A stretch of 63,253 nt of DNA, the filler included, from Phoronis australis (lineage: Eukaryota; Animalia; Phoronida), in assembly GCA_002633005.1 (NCBI GenBank). It is 5 parts of 5 records of this genome, joined end to end, with 100 filler letters (N's around TTAATTAATTAA, not from the genome) between each part and the next. Parts side by side here need not be neighbours in the genome. Positions count along the whole stretch, not along the records: positions 1 to 31,962 come from NMRA01000117.1; positions 32,063 to 36,537 come from NMRA01002577.1; 3 more parts are not named here. One strand, 5' to 3'. The notes beneath the pieces were generated by a model. It did no database searches and had not been told where the DNA came from. It saw nothing but the letters and a program-made list of their open reading frames with translations. The translations under genes were made by a program, and so were the position numbers. Positions 22,401 through 34,536 of the stretch are shown here, one piece after another (position 1 is the first letter of the stretch; each line of letters begins with the position of its first letter).

Positions 22401-25400
22401 GTAACCATCGGGACATCGACAGTGAAACGAGAAAATACCATCTTCACAGGTGGCATTGTTTTTACATGGTGTTGACAGACATTCATCAATGTTCTCTTCA
22501 CAGCGTGCACCTTTAAACCCCGGAAGGCATTGACATGTGTAATTATTGACTAAGTCTATACATGAGCCATTATTAAGGCAATGTGCTCCTTCACAGTCAT
22601 TCACGTCCGCTTCACATGATGAGCCAGTAAAACCTGGTAGACACTGGCAGGCGTAACCATTTAGCTGGTCTTGACAGGTTCCGTTATTTTTGCACGGCGA
22701 ACTTGCACATTCATCAATCTCGGTTTCGCACACTCCACCAGTATAACCACCTGGACACTTACAGTAATACGAGTTTATCCCATCTATACATGTAGCGTTA
22801 TTTTTGCAAATTGCGGATAAACAATCATCGATGTTCTCCTCACAGCGGTCACCGCTAAATCCCAACAAACATTGGCATGTAAACGTATTAACCAAGTCAG
22901 TACAAGACCCGTTGTTGAGACAAGGGCTTTTTTCGCACTCATTGACGTCAGTTTCACAATTCTCACCACTGTATCCCGGTATACAGTTACATTTGTATCC
23001 ATTTACAAGATCTTGACACGTTGCTCCATTTACGCATGGGTTGCTGGCACATTCATTAACGTTAATTTCACAATTCACTCCACCGTATCCGGGTATACAG
23101 TTACACTTGTATCCATTTACAAGATCTTGACACGTCGCACCATTTACACACGGGTTGCTGGTACACTCGTCTATGTTTATTTCACACTGGTTACCGGCGA
23201 AACCTGAAAAGTACAAGAGAGTTGTCAACAGGTCAAACTGAATTCCCATTGGTTGAATAAATAGACAGAGAGATATGAGGTCTGTGTCTTTTTAGTACAA
23301 GTTTAGTTCAGTTAAAGCGCTACCAAACCCCAATTTCGATCTAGGGCTCTTCCTGGTACGAAACTGGTTTCTAATTTTTCCTCACTCAGACTTTAAAAAT
23401 GGAAATTGCGGGATGATTACTTATTTCTGTGATTTAGTTAGCCAAGCTAGTTAGAAAAAACACACATGTTTAACGTGAATATGAAGTAGCTTGAAACGGT
23501 GGATAGAGTTTTGTGGCGCAGCAAATCACTGAGACGCGTCCAGAAAAAATCGTGGCATTGGGTGCGGCATAACACTGCATGATGCAGGATATGTAACCCC
23601 GGGAGGTACGACATTTAGTGCAGAAGTCGTGCATGGTTTTTTGTTTTCATATTTACAAATTATGTATGAATGCAACTGCGCCTTTTTAGCGTGCGTCATG
23701 CTAAAATGACATCACTGTTTAGTTCCTGTTACACATAAAATAGTTAGGAGCGTGCAAATACATTTTAAAGTACTAGTACACCCCCAGAGGTGGCTTTCGC
23801 AATACACCCTAGTTCTCAGACACTATTTGTACAGTGCTCGACTGTCCTCTAGTAAAGCCAGGAGTTGAACCCGGGTCTTCGAAATGTGAGCCCACGGAGC
23901 TCAAATCACTGAGTCACACTGTCTCTGTCACTTAAACTCGAAGTGATTTCCTGGCTTGAGAGAACACGAACTGAGAGTTCATCCGCGTGAGGCCATGACA
24001 GAGTTTAGTAGACAAAAAAACCTCGCTAAGGAAGCTAGTGTGATCACGTGCTTCGTTTATAATACATAGCGATATCTCGCGAAGTCTAATGCGAGTTCTT
24101 GCTTTTCTTCCAAACAACTAGGTCAACGGAACGCACTCCAGGCTCAGCAAGTCCAACGCAGAGCGTTGAAATGTGCTCACGACTACACCGCAAACAGTGT
24201 ACATCTAGGGGTATTTGTATCATAAATTTAATAAATATCCTGCAGAGAGTTTGGGAGGTACAGAGATAGACACAAAAGTGCCACTACGAGGCGCCACAGT
24301 AGTCCAGTTCGTACAAAAATCCTCATCAGCCGGCCTCCTCACAGTATAAACACAAACGCAAATTTTCAAAATCATTCTTAGTGTTTGGTTGATAAAAAAG
24401 CGGACGCCAAAAACAAATCAAAAAACAGTAAAAATGAACACTACATGGCGCAACATATGTCGAATCCATCCGAAAACAGGAACGTGACATCGTTTCTTTA
24501 ATATAAAGCTATTTATCAAGTGACATATAAATCCGTAAGAGAACTTTGGAGAAACAGAAAATGGAAAAAAAAAATGAAATTGCCACAAGGGGGCACAGCG
24601 TTCTTCGGATCCGTCTGAAAGTCCTCATCTTCCATTGTCAACTTCACGTAAATACACTTGCTAAATTTAACAAAGATTCTGCAGAGGGCTTAGGAGATAC
24701 AGCCATGGGCGTGAAAAAAAACGCCACTTGGAGGCGCCACAGTAGTTGAAGTCGTCGGAAAATCACCAGTTTTCCTCTTCATAGTAGGGACATATATGCC
24801 AATTTTCACAATCCTCCTTCGAATGATTTGGTTTACAGAGGGGTGAACGCCAAAAACAGACACGAAAACAGTAAAAATGGCCACAGGACCCATTATTAAG
24901 GCAACGTACTCCTTCACAGTCATTCACGTCAACGTCACATGATGTGACAATAATACCTGGTAGACACTGGCAGGTGTAGCCATTTAGCTGGTCTTGACAG
25001 GTTCCGTTATTTTTGCACGGCGAACTTGCACATTCATCAATCTCGGTTTCGCACACTCCACCAGTATAACCACCTGGACACTTACAGTAACACGAGTTTA
25101 TCCCATCTATACATGTAGCGTTATTTTTGCAAATTGCGGATAAACAATCATCGATGTTCTCCTCACAGCGGTCTCCGCTAAATCCCAACAAACATTGGCA
25201 TGTAAACGTATTAACCAAGTCAGTACAAGACCCGTTGTTGAGACAAGGGCTTTTTTCACACTCATTGACGTCAGTTTCACAACTCTCACCACTGTATCCC
25301 GGTATACAGTTACATTTGTATCCATTTACAAGATCTTGACACGTTGCTCCATTTAGACACGGGTTGCTGGCACATTCATTAACGTTAATTTCACAATTCA

Positions 25401-28400
25401 CTCCACCGTATCCCGGTATACAGTTACACTTGTATCCGTTAACAACGTCCTGACACGTCGCACCATTTACACACGGGTTACTGGCACACTCGTCTATGTT
25501 TATTTTACACTGGTCACCGGTGAAACCTGAAAAATACAAGAGAGTTGTCAACTGGTCAAACTGAATTCCCATTGGATGAACAAATAGACAGAAATATGAG
25601 GTCCTTGTCTTCGCAGTACACATTTTATTAAGTTAAAACGCTACCAAACCCAACTTTCGATCTAGAGCTCTAGCTGAAATGAAACTGGTCTCTATTTGTT
25701 CCCCCTCATTAAACAGTGGCGGATTTAGAGGGGGGTCAAGGGGGCCATGCCCCCCTAAAATTCTCCTAGATTCCATTTGGGTGTTCGAGGATGCGAATGT
25801 CTGACGGGCAAAATCCTGGCTAATACTCTGCCCTGGCCCCCCTAACTCAAAATCCTGGATCCGCCCCTGTTAAAAGTGGAAATTGCGGGCTGATTACTTA
25901 TTTCTGTGATTTATTAGGCTAAACAACATAAAACGACTATGTGAATATGACAACTTGAAACGGTTAACTTGATAAATGAACGAGTTTTGTGGCACCGCTT
26001 CCAGAAAGAACCGTGAGGTGAGTGGCGTATAACACTGCATAACGCAGGTTTTGTAACCCTAGGAGGTACTACATTAGTGAAGAAGTAGTGCAGGTTTTTT
26101 GTTTTTGTATTTAAAAATTTTCTATGAATGCAACAGCGCCTTTTTAGAGTGCGTTATATCAAAACGACAGTGCGGTTTAGTTCCTGCTACACATTAGCAT
26201 AGTTAGGAACATGAAACTACATCTTAAAATACTAGTGCATCCCCGGAGATGGCCTCCTCGTTACATCCTGGTTCTCAGACACTTTTTGTGCAATGCCTGA
26301 TTGCCCTCCAGTCAAGCCAGGAGCTGAACCCGAGTCTTCGAAATTGGAGCCCACGGAGATCAAGTCACTGAGTCACACTTTCTCTGTCACTTAGACTCGA
26401 ATTGATTTCCTGGCTTGCGAGCACATCAACTGTTTGTTCTTTAATGTTTGAGGCGAGGGTAAAGGTTCGTGCGCGCAAGAACCTCACTAAGGACTGTAGT
26501 GTGATCACGTGCTTTGTTTACAATACATGGTGATATTTCGCGGAAGTCTTACGAGTTCGTGCTTTTCTCCCAATAAACTAGGTCTACAGAGCACAATTAA
26601 GGCTAAAAAATTCTGTTTGTTATTCTTATTCCGCAACGAATTGCAATGCTGGCATTACCACACTTGACAAAATAAGTGGGGCGTGATTTATCAAACTTTA
26701 CTTGTTCAACTCAGCTCAGAAGTTTGTGGGCGACCGCACATTTCGATAACCTAATCAATTATACGCTACCTTCGAAAAAGAGGAGAGTTGAAGAAGAATG
26801 CCACCCAAAACAACAACATAGTTTGTATCAATTTAGATCGAGTAGTTCTACTGGATAACGGCAAGTACAACTCTTTTACCCAACACCTAACGGCAAACGG
26901 AGGTGTTGAAATTAACCCATGACGTCAGAGGTTCAAATGCAGTCTCTTCACTGAGCAGTTCACATCATGCTTACTGGTGTCAGCTTATCGCTGAATTCAT
27001 CGTTTTGCACCAATAAATCATCAAAAGTCGATGTAAAACCCTTACATATATAATGTGCACTTGATTATTTTGGGGAATTAGTCACGAAACTGAAAATCTA
27101 CTTATTAGCTCGTCGGGGCCGTGAAGTCAGGTTACCCTTTCAATGAACCGTCAGGGCAAAAGTTAAACAGTAACATAGATTCGAATTATGTATGTGAATA
27201 TCTAAATAAAGATTCCCCTAACATCTGACTATAGGATATAAAATCGAGTTTCTGTTTCACAACAGCTTTCTGTCAGCAAACACTGAACTAGCATGCGCTC
27301 ACACGGCCTGGGTGCCCTGTCAATTAGTTTATTGCATCTAAACCCGCAAACGCAGTGATTTACTCTTTGCTGGCTTCTCAAAACACTTGCACTCACGCAC
27401 ACTCCAAGGCATTTCAAATTTTATCTAATGAAACAGACTTTGGTTCAGTTTTCATAACCATTGGTTAGGTTGAGAATTATTCATTTTGAAACAGAACGAA
27501 CAATCCCGACTTAGACAAGTGCTCATCCGACAAGACTTCACAGGTCGATGGATAGGTTTCACAGGCTATCAGCTCGAACCTGAATACACTGATTAAGAAA
27601 TAATAGAGAGGTTCCGTGGATGTGCACAGACAACAGAACATATAGATAGTTCCGAAAACCATTGGAATGAGTTCTCATGGTGTCACTGAGCTAACTGCAC
27701 GATAATGGAAACGACTTCCACGAAATTCCCCAGGTGAAACGCCTTCTTGGAGAAGCACAGATATGTCTCACGGACCGATCCTAATTTCGCACCGCCTCTA
27801 AACAGGGGTGTGCTTAATACAACGTTTTTTAGAGGGCTGAGAAAAAGAACTGGCGAAAACATCCTACACCCAGAGGACCTAACAGAAGCCCCAGGAACGA
27901 GTCAGTCATCAAAACAGGTTATATAAAACGTGATGTTCTCATGGCTTAAATTAATTGTAATTGTTTGTGATTTCATGGCCAACTACAATTGTGATAATCA
28001 AAAACTGATTAACAACCGATCCGACGAAATGCAGGCTACTGACAGACACGGCGAAGTTTCACGGCCTCATACTTCGTATTAACGGCGTACTTTTCATTCT
28101 TCACTACCGCGAGCCACTTCTGAAGCATTATAGGCTCTCGATAAAATCTAAAAAATGATTTACCCGCTTTCCTCGCAGCTTAATAGTTCGTACAAGCGGG
28201 AACGATACACCACAGCATAGCGGCACTCACTTGCAGAAGAACCACTGACGTCGCTGCGTCGTTTCTCACCCTCCTCACAGGTTAACGCGACTCCTCTCGG
28301 CGATATAAGATCGGCCGTATACGAGGTGAAGCGGATATAGACCGATTAAGACGGTAAAGAAGACTGGCTAATTAAATCGGGTGGCATTCTCCTTTAAGTT

Positions 28401-31296
28401 CGCAACTTGGCCATTACATGAACCAGTGTCTTAAATTTTACGCCGTAGCCTTAATTGTAATGATGGAAAAGGCGAAAATAAAATTAGGCATGCATTGTTT
28501 TCGACACGTTCTGTTCTATTGTTCGAACTCCGGTTTTGTATCCCTTACTCTATACCATAGTATATTACGGTTTACATTTATTGACGACTGTCTCTGTCTA
28601 GTCTGCATTTGATGATTTCAGCATTAAATCTATAAGTTCGAGCCAGAACTCAAAATTTTGAGTTTTCACTAGAAACCCCGAGTTTATATTCGAAATCTCA
28701 AGTTTTACTCAAGTTTGTAGCTTGAACTTAAAAGTCACCAAGTGCAAACTTGGAGTAAACAATCGTCCACCTAAACTGTAATGTACTGTACCACAGAATA
28801 ATAGACCCATATCAAGAGTTCAAATAAAATAGAACGGGAAATTCTCAAAATACTTTCGAGTTAAATTTCGAGTACAAAGATTAGTCTCATTTGTTTGCAT
28901 ACACCCCGCGTATGCGTAATCGTTTGCTTTGTTTGTGCGTCGGCTTTTCAGCATTATGGCAATTTTAAAACTATGGGAAGTTCAAAGATTCGTCTCGTTG
29001 CGTGAAAGCAATATTTGCTAAGAAGTCGATCTCGGAAAGACATCCAACAATTCACTTTGATATTTAAGAACGGTTTACTAATTAAAGAAAAGTGTGCAAG
29101 GTGCTTAAGTATGCATGCCGTGGTGTACCACGCCTTCACTGAATGAAGCGTTATGCTGTATGAATGTTTTGAGGAAACATATACCCCATGCTGGTTGCTT
29201 TGAAAATCAGTTGGTTTTTACTGTAGGCTATGTCCGAGGTTGATTAAACCCGCGATTACCCATTGTGAGCCGTCTGATAACTTTCACTTTCATGTGATTT
29301 TAATATAAAACTGCTGGTGAACTGACATTCCCGACAACCAACTCTGACCCGTCATAACGATTGGCTTCAAAAAAGTATCCGGACTTGCAATCGTCTGTTT
29401 TGTATCTAGTTACCAACGTCAGACCTACAATAATATTTCGTAAGTGTTTCATGGGGGGACTCATCTAAAACTTAGGTACTAGTGTTTCAACAAGCAGGTT
29501 TCAAAATTTTGAATTTTATTGTAATTTTGCTTATAGACCTAATTCATCCCGACAGGAGGCGCGTTCCAAAACGAGGCTCGCTACGATAGTTCTGTTAGCT
29601 TATCGGCATCAGTTGTATTTCGCTTTGCTCGAACGGCTAGAAAAAATACGGACACTCAACTGTCTGCTTTACAATCCCTAAGTACGTCGAGATTAGGAAG
29701 CGTTGGGTCGTTGTCATACGCCACGACGAAGGAAAAGATGTCCGTGTAAAATTTATAAATGTTTTCGAAAAGTTATATCATATTTTGTCGCATCTCGATA
29801 GTCAAGCGTCATAGAAGGAAACAAAGAATCTTCGGCCAGCCAGGCTGTGTTTTCATGACTACATGACGCATTTTTCACTCCTAAAAGGAAAAGGCCCTCA
29901 ATCCCTCGATTTTAGGGCCGACTATCGGCCCTATTCCCCTCTCAAAAATATTGAAAAATCACGCGAAATTCTCCCCACGAGGCCTAAGTATTCCTCCAGT
30001 GATTAAATATTTCTCTCTGAAGTTCAAATCACCTGTAACCACACAGGTGACAATTTGAAAGAGCACAAAATGCTACTTTAAATTGAAACAGAGCCTACAA
30101 AAGCTTGCAACAGGGCTGGGGTGCTATTGATGGTGACCGGTAGGTAGATTTTTTCCCTCACTTGGCAAAAAAATACCCTTTCAAAAGGCACAGGCACCTT
30201 TCCCCTCCGATGAACGAGGCTCCTGGAGGAACATGATAACTATAATTACTCTGTCCAGTTAACTGAAATTGAGTTCTAAAACGAGGTTATGCTTTGGACG
30301 AACGACTCGAATTAGGTGTTTTAATTTTAAAATTCAACTTGGTCCAGATTGATATTTGAAACCTAACACATGAAATAGACGTAAGAATTATTAAAACTAA
30401 GAAAGCAGAATTGATGGTCAAAAATTTATATTTTCAGTTACGGACCTGGTTTTTATTTTAATAAAAATATATTTAATACCATCAATTATTCTTTCAGATC
30501 AATGACAAATCAACTGCTAATCCCAGTAGTCCCTACCTCACCAGGATCAGGTTATGCTTGATGTTAATATTCTTGATCAACAAAATAAACCAGATGTGAC
30601 TAACTGCACATGACAGCAAAATGCTATGAGCCGCCACCGTCTGTCGAATATATCTTCAACTCGTCAACAATACGACCGGATGACCTGGTTAATGTAGAAA
30701 GCATTTTTAACAATAATTTACAAGAAGAAATGTAACCCTGCATTCAGCATAATACCTAATCCGTAACACTACTATCGCCGCTATATACTTTGCATGTTTC
30801 GAAACTGTATTTTTCCGAAAAAATATACCCTTTCGTCAGACAACTCTTTGGTGAATCAACTTGTTCTCTAATGTATTTTTCTACGTCTCTGTGGTTAATT
30901 GTTGACACATTTTTAAGATTTAATATCCAGGTTGGACTCGAAAGACTGGCCATTTAACTGAACGCAATGTCAACTTCTGCTTTGTTTATCGCAATGAGCC
31001 TCGCTTTGGATTTTAATGTCCGCCGAGTGAATTAGGTTTATCTATAACAACCTCAGTGCCATTTGCACAACACGTAAAATTACAGCCACCAGCTGTACAC
31101 GCTTATAAATGTCATAGCCACATTATAGAAATACAACTCATGCTAAGCATTATACCAACCTCCCAGACATAATTTCTTTCCAGTCTTGGCATCACACGTG
31201 TAGTGTCCCTGGCTGTCATCTCTCGCCTTACAGAACGTACCACAGTCTGTACCGTAATAGTCAGGGTCACAGAACGTCAAAAACTGTACGCTTAAC
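19397..31296 (-). CDS. Gene B: membrane-anchored DSL Notch-ligand-like protein, DSL-16xEGF-mucin-SEA-like-TM; exons 31296-31160, 23203-20437, 19817-19658, 19494-19397, plus tentative tail exon(s) near 19220-18930; 5' exons not seen
   Basis: Phase-compatible splicing gives ...KLCLGG|FAGNQC, 16 EGF, an S/T stalk, ...VTVKGTGENG|EEVTQITFEVTANGQALETKDIL...EGPK|TWIEDNWYIVAGAAAAVLLLSIVGYLTFRCRR. Confidence 0.85.
19658..19817 (-). CDS. Gene B juxtamembrane (SEA-like) exon
   Basis: aatttcag|g ... aag|gtaact. Phase 2 in, phase 0 out. Open frame EEVTQITFEVTANGQALETKDILSIVPVSKLASSISAQVYDG. Confidence 0.8.
20437..23203 (-). CDS. Gene B large exon: 16 EGF repeats, Ser/Thr-rich mucin stalk, start of SEA-like segment
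   Basis: ORF 20433..23249 with acceptor ttttcag|gt and donor gg|gtaggc. 16 six-Cys repeats, then about 250 aa S/T/P-rich. Confidence 0.92.
23775..23925 (-). mobile_element. tRNA-derived SINE-like element (duplicate at about 26235-26385)
   Basis: The minus strand shows A-box-like TGACTCAGTGA and B-box GGTTCAACTCC at tRNA spacing. No intact cloverleaf. Confidence 0.55.
24145..24883. mobile_element. Helentron/DINE-like non-autonomous element with GCCACTAGGGGGC-type core repeats
   Basis: The terminus caacgcagagcgttgaaatgtgc is shared with 34545 and about 35505. Internal cores resemble 35112-36190. Confidence 0.6.
24763..25526 (-). pseudogene. Third, truncated copy of the EGF exon (about 5.5 EGF repeats) inside the gene B intron; pseudo-exon or alternative terminal exon
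   Basis: Intact acceptor and near identity to 11535 and 23203. EGF homology breaks at about 24883 in repeat 6 at a repeat element, and the frame runs on to a stop at 24763. Confidence 0.8.
24883..26590 (-). repeat. Tandem duplication of about 22560-24130 (EGF exon 5' part plus upstream intron)
   Basis: Intron blocks 23204-24130 and 25527-26590 are collinear and include the same SINE-like segment. They are more diverged than the exon parts. Confidence 0.85.
25714..25869. mobile_element. 156-bp MITE (CAGTGGCGGAT termini, TTAAA flanking direct repeat)
   Basis: ttaaa|cagtggcggatttag...cctggatccgcccctg|ttaaa. Absent from the paralogous intron at about 23392. Confidence 0.8.
29535..31039. mobile_element. 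Non-autonomous DNA transposon, ISL2EU-like (12-bp TIR, AT target duplication)
   Basis: at|agacctaattca ... tgaattaggttt|at. Short minus-strand ORF 30756-30953 starts near one end. The family assignment rests on the AT TSD only. Confidence 0.5.
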
Positions 31297-31962
31297 CTAC
31301 GATAGAACGACAAGTAGAATATTAAATCTTTACAAAATACAGAGTTTAATCGAAATGCTCTTCCCCAAATGTCCACGGGCGGTTACTAATTAAGATAACC
31401 TCAGCTGTCGGGGGAGGTACGTTGTTCATACCCGTCGTAGTCCCTGAGTGCAGGCACGGGGTTTATTTGTCAGTAATACGTATTTAGATAGTGCTCTTCT
31501 CAGAGCCACGTCAGAGGTATGGGCATGTGTCAAAAAGACAGCACTTGAAGTACCTTCAGTTATCAGTTATTGTTGCTGTGGTTAGTCATTGTTCAAGCTG
31601 CTAAGCCTGCCTTCCGCAATAAAACTAACTTATGAGTTGGGCGACTAAATGTTATAAGACGGCCTCAGCTTGTTTTCTATTCGAATAAGGTTGATTTCTG
31701 GCGTGGTAGAATTGAGAGTCGGCTTGAAATTAGGCTCAATAAATTGGCTTTCATGGCGCCTAGCAGATGATCTCAAGCATCGACGAACTGTCAATTCTTT
31801 ACAGGAGCACAGAAATTAGCTCTTATCTGAACTAGGAAGAAGTTGAGACCAGTTTTGTAATGTAAAGTGGTCTAATGTAAACAAGGCAAATCAAAACTTC
31901 TTAACGCACGGAAATCATTCCCCGATGTTGCCTCTTCTTCTGGTTCCCACAAAAATAGTCCA
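31046..31962. repeat. Outer inverted-repeat arm 2 (runs into an N gap)
   Basis: Reverse complement of 9304-10222. Truncated by the assembly gap at 31963. Confidence 0.92.
31160..31296 (-). CDS. Gene B DSL-domain exon
   Basis: Reverse complement of 9971-10107 with one visible substitution (CLR to CLG). Same splice sites. Confidence 0.9.
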
Positions 31963-32062
31963 NNNNNNNNNNNNNNNNNNNNNNNNNNNNNNNNNNNNNN
32001 NNNNNNTTAATTAATTAANNNNNNNNNNNNNNNNNNNNNNNNNNNNNNNNNNNNNNNNNNNN
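31963..32062. other. Assembly gap with artificial TTAATTAATTAA spacer (spacers also at 36582, 46567 and 61016)
   Basis: An identical 12-mer with stops in all six frames is centred in about 100-nt N runs. Confidence 0.95.
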
Positions 32063-32190
32063 GGTTTTGGAGATAGAGCAGCGGACGCCGGACGGACGCC
32101 GCCCGGACGGACGGACGGACGGCCGGACGGACGGACGGACAGAGATGACGGCATAATGCGTCCACATATAAATATGTGGGCGCATAAAAA
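32063..32190 (-). mobile_element. Helentron-associated (HINE/DINE-1-like) element end: hairpin plus (TCCG)n microsatellite
   Basis: tttttatgcgcccacatatttatatgtggacgcat palindrome followed by (tccg)n. Near-identical to 35349-35460. Confidence 0.75.
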
Positions 32191-34102
32191 ACACAACGCT
32201 GCATATAACATCATCGCTACAAAGCATTGCCATTGTTTCACAACAGACCATGTGGATTCAAACAGGAAATGCAATCTAACGAGAGCAAGCATGGAGGGCA
32301 GAAACGAAGTCGGAGAAACAGCGATTCCACACACACACACACTACTTACTCGCTGTATTGGTGGTGAGGTTAACATGTGTGCAACAACACAACAAAATGA
32401 ACAACAAGCCCACATACAAAATATAGGTTAAAATCCAGATAACACACTGGCATCAGTTGAAGTATGAGTACTTTAAGATCTCACCAATTTCGAACACAAA
32501 TATTTGCCATAATATCCATGTTTTCACTTCTCAAGGCTTGCTACCTCTCTAGTGAATACCCACCATTTTTCATACAGACAGAGGGGGAGCTATAGGACAG
32601 ACTGTGAGCATGGTAAAGTATCTGTTGTGGAACAAATGAGACTGATTACTGCCATAGATCGTGAACATGCAAGACACAGTTTCTTCAGTAACAGATTTTT
32701 GCACTTTAATGCAGAAAACGGTACTTTGAAAAAAATTTGCCTAGTAATTTATCCAAACAACTGTGCTGCTTGGCATTTATTTCTGTTCATGTTTTCAGCA
32801 AACCTGTCCCTGTTTTGCTTATTTGTCTGAAACCAGTCCACTAACTTCTAGTGTTATTCAGCTGTACAATATAACTGTTTTGAATATATGTCCATAACTT
32901 ATACTCGCAAAATGAAAAAGATCGCTTTTAGATCACTTCTTTGAAAAAATACGGAGTCATTTTTTACATACCAAAGACCATAAAGTTTTGATTATTGTTC
33001 AAATCAATATTAAAATGTTTACAGAAAAGTACATGAAAAGTAGAGGGGACTATGCAAAAAAAGATCTTTAGGCTAACAAGGCAGTCACAGACAGCAAATA
33101 CCACACGGAAGGTTCTATAGGACACTTCAACTACAATGCAAGCGTGACAATGAAGAACAAGACAGTATGTCAATCACACCGTGTTAGTGAACAAAAGCTG
33201 CCTTCGCATTACTGTTAATCCAGACAAGTTTGTAGTCAGAACATATTTTAGATCCGATTGAAAAGCTACAGTCATCTTTCTCACTTGACTGGACTCACAT
33301 TTCACTGTCCTAACTTTAAAGCTTCACCGTACTAAACACCAGATGTCGCTACGTTGTAGTGATCCTTTCCATTCAACAAGAACACCATTGAATCAACGAC
33401 TACATACAAATGCTGGTGAGAACCTCTGTTTCATCTGGTAACTAGCTACCACTTCTATTCTTGTTAGACTTGATGCTTTGAGAAATGGTTGTACAGTGAG
33501 TAGCAGATGAGTCAATGTTGAGTGTGCGCGAAATGGCAGGAAGAACTCCGCACACACGTGAATTGGCAAGACAATTTAGGACAGTCGAGAAAAATTATAC
33601 GGACTAAATCTTTCGTATTGTTCTTATGTGATCTAAGTAACTTTGGTCCAGTAGTTAGTCTGGTTTATTTGAGCATATTAACATTAGCATCATGCTAAAT
33701 TTACACCTGTCTAAATAATCTTTCCCATTTGGTCTAAGATTCATGTGGTCGAGAAAGTATTTTAGTCCACCATTCTAAATCTGAAGTGCAAAAGATCACA
33801 TGCTCTCTATGACACTTCAAAATTCAGCAAATATGGCCCAATCGTCAGTTGTGATTGATTTGCGCTAACGCACCACATAAGCACATTTTTGTTTTTTCCA
33901 AAATCACGAGAAAAGTAGGAGATAAGCACAAAAAAGCATTATTCTCTGCATGAACACATGGATACATGGACGGAATGAGGCCTACTATTAAGTATTTCCC
34001 CTTGACTTGGGGATAAAATCACTATATACTTATAGTGCCATCTCTTGCAGCGACTCAGGACTATTTCAACAGGCAGCCATGTTCAGAGTACACGATACCT
34101 AC

Positions 34103-34222
34103 CTCCTCTCTAGTTTGACAACACGTTCCCTTAAATCTTGGATTTCTTGAGATCCATGTGAAGCACCTAAAGCCTGACTTTTCTTGAATGTGTTATCAGC
34201 TTTGTTGCTCAGGTCTTTAGAC
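34103..34222 (-). CDS. Possible orphan coding exon (coiled-coil-like)
   Basis: tttcttcccag|g ... ag|gtaggt, 120 nt, open phase 2-2: SKDLSNKADNTFKKSQALGASHGSQEIQDLRERVVKLER. No partner exons identified. Confidence 0.35.
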
Positions 34223-34536
34223 CTGGGAAGAAACAATGATATACTTGGTATTCAGAAACACTTGCTTACTTACGGACAAGCAAACACCCAATTTACATCA
34301 AGCACTTGATTTTAAAGTGGTTGTAAACCCACCTTCAATCATAAAGAAAATTTTGATTTAGATCACTTATGGTTATGGCAATAAGAATTTTTTACCAGAA
34401 TATACTATAGATAAGCAGTAATGCTAAGTAAAGTGGACTCACTTAACTAATGAGGATAATAAACAGGCAGCTAGTTTGTTCATTTCTTGTATTACAAATT
34501 GCTTTTAATCCATTTGTATTGAATCTTGGAAACATT

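Noticed and set aside
23855-23925. tRNA gene
   Set aside because: A and B boxes are present but the stems do not pair and the duplicate is diverged, so it is treated as a SINE. The B box at about 55500 is rejected for the same reason.
32007-32018. Recurrent TTAATTAATTAA palindrome (four copies)
   Set aside because: Always centred in N runs, so it is an artificial scaffolding spacer, not biological sequence.
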